A stretch of 64,000 nt of DNA from Octopus vulgaris. Lineage: Eukaryota. Location: positions 3,968,001-4,032,000 of the forward strand of contig OX597840.1 of the NCBI GenBank assembly GCA_951406725.2. Reading direction: 5' to 3'. Both the position numbers and the translations under genes were made by a program. The first letter of the stretch is position 1; every line of letters starts with the position of its first letter. The notes below the pieces were generated by a model, which had not been told where the DNA came from, ran no database searches, and saw only the letters and a list, made by a program, of their open reading frames with translations. Shown piece after piece: positions 54,346-64,000 of this stretch.

Positions 54346-54778
54346 ACTCTTTTACTCTTTTACTCTTTTACTTGTTTCAGTCATTTGACTGTGGCCATGC
54401 TGGAGCACCGCCTTTCGTCGAGCAAATCAACCCCAGGACTTATTCTTTGTAAGCCTAGTACTTATTCTATCGGTGTCTTATACTGAACCGCTAAGTTACG
54501 GGGACGTAAACACACCAGCATCGGTTGTCAAGCGATGCTGGGGAGACAAACACAGACACGCAAACATATACACACACATACATATATATACATATATATA
54601 TATATGCATATATACGACGGGCTTCTTTCAGTTTCCGTCTACCAAATCCACTCACAAGGCTTTGGTCGGCCCGACGCTATAGTAGAAGACACTTGCCCAA
54701 GGTACCAAACAGTGGGACTGAACTCGAAACCGTGTGGTTCGTAAGCAAGTTACTTACCATACAGCCACTCCTACGCCC
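54346..54778 (-). mobile_element. SINE S1, full length
   Basis: Reverse complement of the S1 consensus. Confidence 0.92.
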
Positions 54779-54804
54779 ATAAAATAAGAAAACTAGTAAC
54801 CATA

Positions 54805-55220
54805 GGTGCAGACGTGGCTGTGTGATAAGTATCTTGCTTACCTACCACATGATTCCGGGTTCAGTCCTGGTACATGGCATCTTGGGCAAGTGTCTTCTAC
54901 TATAGCCTCGGGCCGACCAAAGCCTTGTGAGTGGATTTGGTAGACGGAAACTGAAAGAAGCCTGTTTCGTATATATATATATATATATATGCGTGTGTGT
55001 GTCTTTGTGTCTGTCCTCCACTACCACTTGACAACCTGTGTTGGTATGTTTACAGCCTCATACCTTAGAGGTCTGGCAAAAGAGGGCCGACAAAATAAGT
55101 GCCAGGCTTAAACGAAAATAGGTACCGGGGTCGATTCGTTCGACTAACAATTCTTCAAGGCGGTACCCCCAGCATAGCCGCAGCCAGGTGTCTGAAACAG
55201 GTATAATATAAAGATAAAAA
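54805..55220 (+). mobile_element. SINE S1, full length, head-to-head with the previous copy
   Basis: S1 head starts 26 bp from the head of the minus-strand copy. Confidence 0.9.
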
Positions 55221-55439
55221 GAAATATAGCAACGAACATACAGATTAGGACAAATAATAACATGAAAAACATCTACCGCAACAACAATAACAACAACAAA
55301 TATAGTAACACAGACCCACTTCAGTGCTTCACTTTTCACCGAAAGGTTAACGTTGACTTAAAGTATAAAATATACGAAACGACAAAGACATACGGAGGAC
55401 ATGGGTATCAAGCAACTCCTTTAAAAAGTGACAATCGAT

Positions 55440-55690
55440 GGAGGTTTCGTGAGGAAATACCCCAGAGATCTATAAATACTTATTGTTGAGATCCCCAAGC
55501 GATGAGGAGGATTTCGAGTTTAAAACTACCTTTGGGGAACTCTCGAAAACTGGATAACCTGATGGGCTTGAAACGAAGGTAAGTGAACACTTCCATTTAT
55601 TCCTCGCCCAGCATGCTAATGCTGAGAATCGGTTGCCTGAATGCGTATACCCTGGGATGGCTCAGAAGCAAGGTCATTTGATTTTAATGC
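55440..55690 (+). pseudogene. Possible decayed L1/Tx1-type ORF1 end and ORF2 (APE endonuclease) start
   Basis: 55613 ATG..: MLMLRIGCLNAYTLG resembles the APE motif I (LRIG.LN...L); frameshifted KQGHL follows. Confidence 0.4.
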
Positions 55691-56024
55691 GGCAGCGAGA
55701 AATGGATTTCCAGAAAGCGATTACACCCATTCCTTTTCACTGACTACGAAATGTTTGTAAAAGTTACGTTGTAGACATACAAATAAATATCTTATTTAAC
55801 AATTTCTCTGTAGCTCGAAAAAGTGATGAACAGCGTTATACGATTTTCGAAACTTATTGAGCTCTCATCAGTCCCAGAGAAACAACTAGCCAACCTGTTT
55901 CTATTCACAACAAATCCAGTAGCTTCGGAGAACTGAAACTACTGGTTTGCATATTGTTGGTGCTAACAGCTACCTGTCAACAGAGATATTATTTCACATA
56001 TTATTAAGGTATGATATATATATA

Positions 56025-56289
56025 CAGGGTCGGCCAAAAATCACTTGACAGTAATTCAAAGCCATTTAATTCCAAGATTTATTCTTTTATTCTATTATTT
56101 GTTTCAGTCATTTGACAGCGGTCATGCTAGAGCACCACCTTTAGTCAAACAAATCGACCCCAAAACTTATTCTTTGTAAGTCTAGTACTTATTCTATCGG
56201 GGGTTTTTTACCGAACTGCCAAGTTTTGGGGACATAAGCATTCCAACATCGGTTGTCAAGAGATGTTGGGGGACAAACATAGACACATA

Positions 56290-56331
<42 letters not shown>

Positions 56332-56660
56332 ATGGGCTTCTTTCAGTTTCCGTCTACCAAATCCACTAAGGCTTTGGTCGACCCGAGGCTATAGTAGAAG
56401 ACACTTGCCCAAGGTGCCATGCAGTGGGACTGAACCTGGAACCATGTGGTCGGTAAGCAAACCACTACTGCGCCTATCTATTTATGTTTAACAACTGAAT
56501 GAATTTAATAAAAGCATCTAAATATGAAACATCATGAAAATTGTTCAAACTGAAATCCTTCTTGAGCGACACGTCTTTCCATTCGAGTCAATACAAAATT
56601 ACAGATAGCATTTACAGATAGAATTTTGATTTACTGTCGGGTGACTTTTGGCCAACTCTA
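56025..56660. mobile_element. Tc1/mariner-type MITE with TA flanks, containing a SINE S1 insertion (56080-56476, minus)
   Basis: TA-CAGGGTCGGCCAAAAATCACTTGACAGTAATTCAAA ... TTTGATTTACTGTCGGGTGACTTTTGGCCAACTCTA-TA. Confidence 0.85.
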
Positions 56661-56781
56661 TATATATATATTGTACGATACAAAAAAGACGCGATACTTT
56701 TTCGAACACTTAACTGCCGTTAAAACAGCGGAAAGAATAAGTAAATTATCTTACAAGCTGGGGGGAAAAACATTGTCAACA

Positions 56782-56852
56782 AGCAGATATGGGAGTCGAA
56801 CCCACGGCCACCAAAACACTAGTTAAATTGCCCTGCGGACAACTCATCCGTC
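56782..56852 (-). other. 71-nt tRNA-like sequence (pseudo-tRNA or orphan SINE head)
   Basis: GACGGAT/ATCTGCT acceptor, GTTG/CAAT D-stem, GTGGG-TTCGACT-CCCAT T-arm; anticodon arm poor, U8 and U33 absent. Confidence 0.4.
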
Positions 56853-56883
56853 GATTTTAGACGGTAAATATATATATAATATT

Positions 56884-56967
<84 letters not shown>

Positions 56968-56990
56968 GTAGGTAGGTAGATAGATAGATT

Positions 56991-57044
<54 letters not shown>

Positions 57045-57075
57045 AAGATAAATAGATAGATAGATAGAAAGATAA

Positions 57076-57145
<70 letters not shown>

Positions 57146-57892
57146 TCCGTAGCCGTTAGTCTGATATAGTTTATTTTGTCTATAACTAGTCAGAAATAGC
57201 TTCTTTTCATCTTATCTTCCCCGAGAATTAGTGTGTGTATGTGTGTGCATCTGTGTGTGTGTGTGTAAGTGTATATGTGAGTGTGTGTGTGCGCGCGTGT
57301 GTGTGTCTTTGGTTCACTATTTCCCTCTCAATCCACAGCTGGACAATCGACAACCGGGGTTAGGTTTTTTATGCCCCCCGTAAATTAGCGATAGAATAAG
57401 AACCAGGGGTTTTCAGAACAATAAGTTGATGGTGTGCTCCAGCATGACCACAATACAATAGCTGAAACAAAATACAGAAAGGTTACTTCAGAGGTAAACA
57501 TCGATTCGTATTACTTTTTGTCCGTAGCGTAAAAAACACATCGCGAAACATTCTAGAATTTTTAAAAGAATTTCTGTGATTTTTTTCCCTTTTTTTTTGT
57601 TATTATTTTTTCGTAGAGAAAATACGATGCGTTTTATTAACAATAAAAAGAAGTCGTAAAAAGCCAAAACAGGTAAAAACGAAAATTTAAAAAAACAGGG
57701 AGAGAGAGAAAGAGACTCCATCTTGCTATTTAGAAATATTTTTTTTTAAATCTGTTGTGGGGAGAGAAGAAAAGGTACAATAAACTAATAAAAATATAAA
57801 AAAGGATAAACTGAATGTATATCGCAGGTGCAGGAATTTTACATCACACGTGAAATAGTAACAGTGATAATAATAATAATAATAATAATAAC

Positions 57893-57967
<75 letters not shown>

Positions 57968-58384
57968 CTATAGGAGATAATGTAGCGAAAATTCAACATA
58001 TCGTCAGTAAATATCAAAATCGCAAAAATATTGGATTGTTTAAGAGACATTGTTCATTTTCTGACTTTTCTTCTAAGAATGGTTCTTCCGTATTCGCTTT
58101 TTTTTTCCAATTTAAAATAACTACTTTGTGTGCTGTGTTTTATATTGCATATACTTTGAATTTGGGACTATTTTTTTTATATAAATACTTCTGCTTCGTG
58201 AGTGTATATATATATAAACATATATTCATGCATATGCCTGCGTGTTTGTGTGTGTGTGGTGAGTAAATTTAAAATTGATAATTTATGTGTGGGTTTTGAA
58301 TTTCTTTTTCATTGGTTGATAATACGATTTATTTGCTCTGTAAATGCACACCCACACACATCCATGTATATAGAATATACATAC

Positions 58385-58455
<71 letters not shown>

Positions 58456-58471
58456 CATATATATATGTATG

Positions 58472-58520
<49 letters not shown>

Positions 58521-58619
58521 TATTATTTAAAACAGTTTGATTCGGCTCCGTGCGGCTGAAAGTTTTGCAGGCTTCATTGAAGCTATATGTAAGTGTGCAT
58601 GTGTGTGTGTGTGTGTGTG

Positions 58620-58671
<52 letters not shown>

Positions 58672-58805
58672 CGCGTATGTATGTATGTACGCGTATATAT
58701 ATATATAAAAGTAAATGTAGGGATACATCTATACCCGCTCAATTTTAAATCTCTTGAGCACTACGAAATGTATTCTATACAAAGAATATCTGATTCTTAT
58801 CTATG

Positions 58806-58874
<69 letters not shown>

Positions 58875-59354
58875 CACAGAGAAGCAAAGAGGGAGCGAAA
58901 GCAGCAGCATTAATACGAAAACATAAAATATTCACCACTCAAAAGTGAATGTTGCTTTGGAACACACAAATACAGTGCTTTTTACCATGAGAGAAAACCT
59001 ATATATGGTATTTTGGTGCATAAAAGTACATCATAGCTATCACTAGCAGCAGACTGGGAGACTCTATATATATATAGCTGTAAGGAGAAGCAAGTTAGGC
59101 AAGTCGATATACAAAAAATATTAAATACATTTAATATAAAAAGTGTCAACCTCAAATATAAACTTCTTCCCTGAAGATGGTGGCTAGTATTATCTGATGA
59201 TAGAATCAAGTTACAATCATTATTTTGGACCACAAAAAACAGCTATTGGGTCCGTAAAACACTTATTCAATCCTTTTAATTCTTGATATCACTTCTATTT
59301 TTTTATAATTCGGATTTTTTCATATATATACATATTTTTTCTTTTTTTTTTTCT

Positions 59355-59748
59355 CTGTAGTTTCAGCTCAGAGCTGCGGCCATGCTGATGCATCGCCGTT
59401 TTGCCACACTGTTATTTCTGAAAGCCTCCTCCAATATGTCGCACTTGCTGAAGAATGGAGTTTGATGTAGTTACCCTCATTTACACCTCTTGCTTTGATA
59501 TAGTTTCATCTGGGACTCTCAACAGGAAGAGGTCCAGCTTTGATTTAAAAACGCCTACATCTACTTTGTGCAGGCTCCTCAGGCTCTTTGGGAGAATATT
59601 AAAAAGCTGTGGGCCCTTGAAACCCAGACTGTTGCAGTAACTGGTCCTGAAGTGCGATGGCGTTGCTGGGATCTTTGGCACTATGCAGTGTCGTCCCGTT
59701 CTGGCATTGGTGTAGCTTCCAATGCCAAAATTTGGCGCAATTCCTTCT
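59355..59748 (-). mobile_element. 5'-truncated CR1-like LINE 3' end
   Basis: EGIAPNFG..RTGRHC..NSLGFKGPQLFNILPKSLR..FKSKLDLFL.RVPDE is a CR1-group C-terminus; 3' UTR stem CAGCTCTGAGCTG. Confidence 0.8.
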
Positions 59749-60114
59749 TTATATGTTCATTTTCTTTGTATTAAATGTATTTAATATCTTTCGTATATCG
59801 TCTTGCCTAACTTGTTTGTCCTTACATTTACTCCTCTACCTGCTCAAGTTCAAATTTCTTGAGCACTACAAAGTGTATTCTATACGAAGTGTATGTACGT
59901 ACGTATGTATGTATGTATGTATGTATGTATGTATGTATGTATGTATGTATGTATGTATGTATGTATGTATGTATGTATGTATGTATGTATGTATGAATAT
60001 GTTTATGTATGATGGAAAATAGAATGAACGGTATTTATTTAAAACCACTGCAATTGTTTTACACTTGTTTTTACACTTTTAGTACATTGGCGAGGTGAAA
60101 TTATCATACATTCA

Positions 60115-60293
60115 AGCTATATCAAACTCCATGATTCATCAAGTGCGACATATTGGAGGAGGCTCTCAGAAATAACAGTGTAGCAAAACGGCGGTGCATC
60201 AGCATGGCCGCAGCTCTGAGCTGGAACTACAGAGAAAAAAAACCCAAAATATGTATACATATGAAAAAATCCGAATTATAAAAAATAGAAGTG
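60115..60293 (+). repeat. Inverted copy of 59290-59472 (CR1 3' UTR plus flanking sequence)
   Basis: Reverse-complement match extends past the LINE tail into ATATGAAAAAATCCGAATTATAAAAAATAGAAGTG. Confidence 0.88.
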
Positions 60294-60468
60294 TCTCTAA
60301 TATATATTGGTGGGGTGCGCGCGTAAAACAATAGCCCCAACTTTAAATAACGATGATAACTCTAGCAATAATGTGATAACTTGTAAAGTAAGAGATAACC
60401 TTACAATAATCATTGCCAGCAATGAAAATGCAGCGGCTGTATTTAGTGTAAAATTACAGCGATGCAAC

Positions 60469-60630
60469 GCGGTGAGCTAGCAGAATCGTTAGCAATCCGG
60501 ACAAGATGCTCGCCAACATATCGTCCATCTTTACGTTCTGAGTTCAAATTCCGCTGAGGTCGACTTTACCTTTCATCGTTTCGAGATTGATGAAATAAGC
60601 TCTAGTTGAAGACTGGGGGGAGGTCGATAT
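60469..60630 (+). mobile_element. SINE S2, 3'-truncated
   Basis: GCGGTGAGCTAGCAGAATCGTTAGC..GAGTTCAAATTCCGCTGAGGTCGACTTTACCTTTCATC. Confidence 0.85.
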
Positions 60631-60654
60631 GATAAATTATCCCTTGCATGTGGT

Positions 60655-61497
60655 GAGCTTATGATGTGGGTGATATCTTCAGTGTGAACTCTACAAAGTC
60701 TGCATCGGTTGTCACATTTTACTGCATTTCCCGCATCTCTATCCCTTTTGTACATCAGGTACTTGGTTGATATTTCCTGTTCCTGGATAGTAAACGTATA
60801 CCCTTCGAAGTTGGAAGTAGTAATCCGGCTATTGGTCCATGGTAAACTGCTTTGATATCGATGTCACTATCATCACGGAGCTTTCTACTAAAATATACAT
60901 GCATAGCCTTCTGCTCATGTAGGCTCATTCTTACGTTGTGGTAGAGTCGTGCGACTTCTTTGGACATGCATTCTAGGTTATCAGACAAAGAGAGTTGCTC
61001 AAGGAGCTGCCTTCCAAGTCTTATTAAGTTATCAGCCTCATGTATGCAAACTTGGTCAAGGGATGCACTTCTAGATTTGGTGGTTAAAAGATGTTGCCAA
61101 CGGGATATAATACGACATTCAAAGGCATTTCGGATCAATGACAATCTTCTGCTGCCTTGTTTTCGTTTTAGGTAGAGGCGGTCAACACCACTGTTTATGT
61201 GGAAATTATGTGTGCTTGTTAGTAGTTTTCGGGTTTTCACATCAATGGCTCGGATCTCATCAAGTGTCCAATCAAGCAACCCAAATGTTGGCATGAGTAC
61301 TTGCACTGCAAACACATAGTGGGCCACTGTTTTATTGAATGCAGAGGTCCGTTTTTCTTTATTCGGCTGTAATATTCTTTAGTGACAAGCGTTTTGTTAC
61401 AGGTGTCACTGTAAGATATATTTTCATCCACCCCTCGATACTTGTAACATACCTCGTCATATACAGAGGCAAATCATTAATGGAGATGCTTCTAGTC
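60655..61497 (-). pseudogene. Internal fragment of an R4/Dong-like non-LTR retrotransposon (end of RT, thumb, CCHC finger), frameshifted
   Basis: YKYRGVDE (YKYLG motif); DWTLDEIRAIDVKTRKLL..H.NS.VDRLYLKRKQG.R.L; EGY.F.IQEQ; CRLC...EDITHIISS. Confidence 0.85.
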
Positions 61498-61501
61498 TGG
61501 T

Positions 61502-61538
<37 letters not shown>

Positions 61539-61890
61539 TGTATGTATGTATGTATGTATGTATGTATGTATGTGTCCATGTATGTATGTATGTATGTATG
61601 TATTTATGTATGTATGTATGTATGCATGTATGTATGTATCTATGTATAAATATGTTTATGCATGATGGAAAATGGAATGAACGGGTTTCTTTATTTAAAA
61701 CCACTGCAATTGTTTCGACACCTTTTTACATTTTTAGTACATTGATGGGGTAAAATCATTATCATACATTCAAGATGTAAAATTCTCTAACAATAACGAA
61801 AAGCATAACCTGCTAAACTTAAGAAAAGTCTTGTATATTTTTACTATTCCGCTTACAGGTTAATTTAAATTACATTGAATTGCAAGATGT

Positions 61891-61947
<57 letters not shown>

Positions 61948-62106
61948 AAGGCCTGATTGGAGGCCCAACGTTCTGAGTTCTTCTTACAGAGCTTAGAAAA
62001 ATAACTGCGTAAATTGGGAGGGGAATTTGTTGGATAAAATCATAATTAACTGATCCTCCTGTATTTTCTTTACCCAAAGCTAGGAACTTCTCAGCACCCC
62101 CTTGTG
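61948..62106 (-). mobile_element. Possible single end of a mariner-type element
   Basis: Minus strand TACACAAGGGGGTGCTGAGAAGTTCCTAGCTTT resembles mariner TIRs; the partner TIR was not found. Confidence 0.4.
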
Positions 62107-62115
62107 TATGTGTGT

Positions 62116-62182
<67 letters not shown>

Positions 62183-62287
62183 CACGTACATACATATGTA
62201 CAAATATATATATTTTTATATATGTACATACATACATACAAATATGTACGTGAATGTACAAATTTATATACATACTTGTACGTATAC

Positions 62288-62354
<67 letters not shown>

Positions 62355-62378
62355 TATAGATAGATAGATAGATAGATA

Positions 62379-63390
62379 TGTTTCTTTATTAGCCACACAG
62401 GGCTGCACACAGATAGAACAAATTACAAGGTAGAGCTTTTCTTTTGAAGGTTTAAGAAAGAAAAAAAAAAAAAAAAAAAGGAAGGGGAGTTTCGATCAAA
62501 AGGGATCGTAAAAGGAGAGAAAGAGGACAAAAAAAAGGGGGGTTTAAAAAAAAGGGGGGGAGGAAAAAAATTGATCAATAGGGATCGTTATCACAGAAAT
62601 GTCAATATGAAGTGTAAAGGGGAGGACAGGTGAGGTTTACCCGTGCAAAGAAAAGCCTACGGAAAAGACCACGGTAACCTCGGTCAATGATGTCACATTT
62701 TATATTTCTTTTTTTTTTTTTTTTGCAAATAAGCAACTCTCTGTTTTCGATTTCTGGGTTCATAGGACTATGCTCAAGGTGGCTTCGTCATTCATACGTG
62801 CCATTCTTGCTACATTCACCCATCTTTTTTTAAAACATTCGCTAGACAAAACTTGCCTCTCTACTCTCACTTTCCTTTTCAAGTGGTACTTGAAGAAGTT
62901 GATGAGAGATTGACCAGAGAGGAAAGTGTTTGTCTCCAATCCTTTCAGACGCGTCCACCAGATACATTCTTTCGCCATAGCCACAAGGATGATGAAAATA
63001 GCTCTTCCTTCCCGTTTGAAGGAAGGAGGCGTGACAATATTGACGATAGACTCAGCTGATAAACCGACTCGTCCCACACGTGACAGCAGTTGTTCGACAT
63101 AAGCCCACAGGTCGGAAATTGTTGGACACTGCACGAGTGCGTGCAGAACGGTTTCGTTGCTCTGACCGCATCTCGGGCAGGTCGGCCCCGTGTTTCTCGA
63201 GCCGTGTCTGTAGAGCTTATCCCGAACGGGTAGCGCTTCTCGGTAGCACTGCCAGGCCAGGGATCTCTGGAAGTTGTCCATGGGCCCTGGCCCGAAAGTC
63301 GTCCTGAACAGGCGGGTCAGGTACTCCTCGTCGACGTCCAGGTTCGCCCCGAGCTCGTCGTCGTACCTCCCCTCCACTAAACCCCTATAG
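62379..63390 (-). mobile_element. 5'-truncated L1/Tx1-clade LINE embedded in (GATA)n
   Basis: Open ORF2 C-terminus, pyrimidine-rich 3' UTR, AATAAA at 62385-62390(-) followed by (ATCT)n; GATA repeat on both flanks. Confidence 0.88.
62760..63389 (-). CDS. Partial LINE ORF2 C-terminus with zf-RVT-type CCHC domain (no true start; 5'-truncated)
   Basis: W.....ALPVRDKL......CPRCG..NETVLHALVQCP....LW..V and IWWTR motifs; ~209 uninterrupted codons, CpG-rich. Confidence 0.8.
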   Translation of the reverse strand, partial: YRGLVEGRYDDELGANLDVDEEYLTRLFRTTFGPGPMDNFQRSLAWQCYREALPVRDKLYRHGSRNTGPTCPRCGQSNETVLHALVQCPTISDLWAYVEQLLSRVGRVGLSAESIVNIVTPPSFKREGRAIFIILVAMAKECIWWTRLKGLETNTFLSGQSLINFFKYHLKRKVRVERQVLSSECFKKRWVNVARMARMNDEATLSIVL

Positions 63391-63396
63391 ATAGCT

Positions 63397-63441
<45 letters not shown>

Positions 63442-63442
63442 C

Positions 63443-63486
<44 letters not shown>

Positions 63487-63747
63487 GGACAGATAGATAA
63501 TTAGATAGATGGATAGTGTTTTACACATATACAAATATATTTAAGCGTGTTTATATATTATATGTGTGTATACATACATATACACACACACACACACACA
63601 CGCACACAGATATATATATATATATATATATATATAGGGAGAAAGAGAGTGAAATAATGAGAGACTGACAGACAGACGGACGGACGAACGGACAGACAGA
63701 TGGAAATAAACTTATGCATATGTAGAAATAGGAACCATACTGCGATT

Positions 63748-63805
<58 letters not shown>

Positions 63806-64000
63806 CATACATCCGTACACACACACAGACACACACATACATATATATGCACGCATACATCAAATCCTCCTTTTGAACCGTTTCATACAAACACAAAATT
63901 CATATATATATAAAAGAGACAATTATAGTAGTTTGGAAGTATAGGAAATATGCAAAGTTTGTAAATTCAGTATTATATATATCATATACACAGACATAAA

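Noticed and set aside
55576-55584. Perfect splice donor AAG|GTAAGT as a host exon end
   Set aside because: It sits in a probable LINE remnant, and no matching acceptor or clean upstream frame was found.

Overview
Eukaryotic, AT-rich, microsatellite-saturated genomic DNA. I found no intact host protein-coding gene; almost all ORFs in the track are translations of (TA)n, (TG)n, (GATA)n, (CATA)n and (TAA)n. The repeat landscape suggests an octopod cephalopod intron or intergenic region (inference). Content: about 40 copies of at least 4-5 tRNA-derived SINE families; fragments of R4/Dong-like, RTE, CR1-like and Tx1/L1 LINEs; a decayed DD34D mariner; two MITEs; a non-autonomous Helitron; a decayed C2H2 zinc-finger fragment; and 16-, 24-, 25- and 45-bp minisatellites. 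The most interesting signal is a dispersed set of more than 10 short (150-550 bp) inserts, mostly inside (TA)n tracts. Many carry type I hammerhead-ribozyme (HHR) cores with tiny or palindromic helix III, and several are long fold-back inverted repeats. This is the architecture expected of non-autonomous Penelope-like element (pLTR) or retrozyme-like derivatives. Best candidates: 48504-48572(-), 42831-42917(-) and 32789-32849(+). One three-copy family shares an unusual CUGU(A/C)GA core. All folds and alignments were done by eye; no database search was run.
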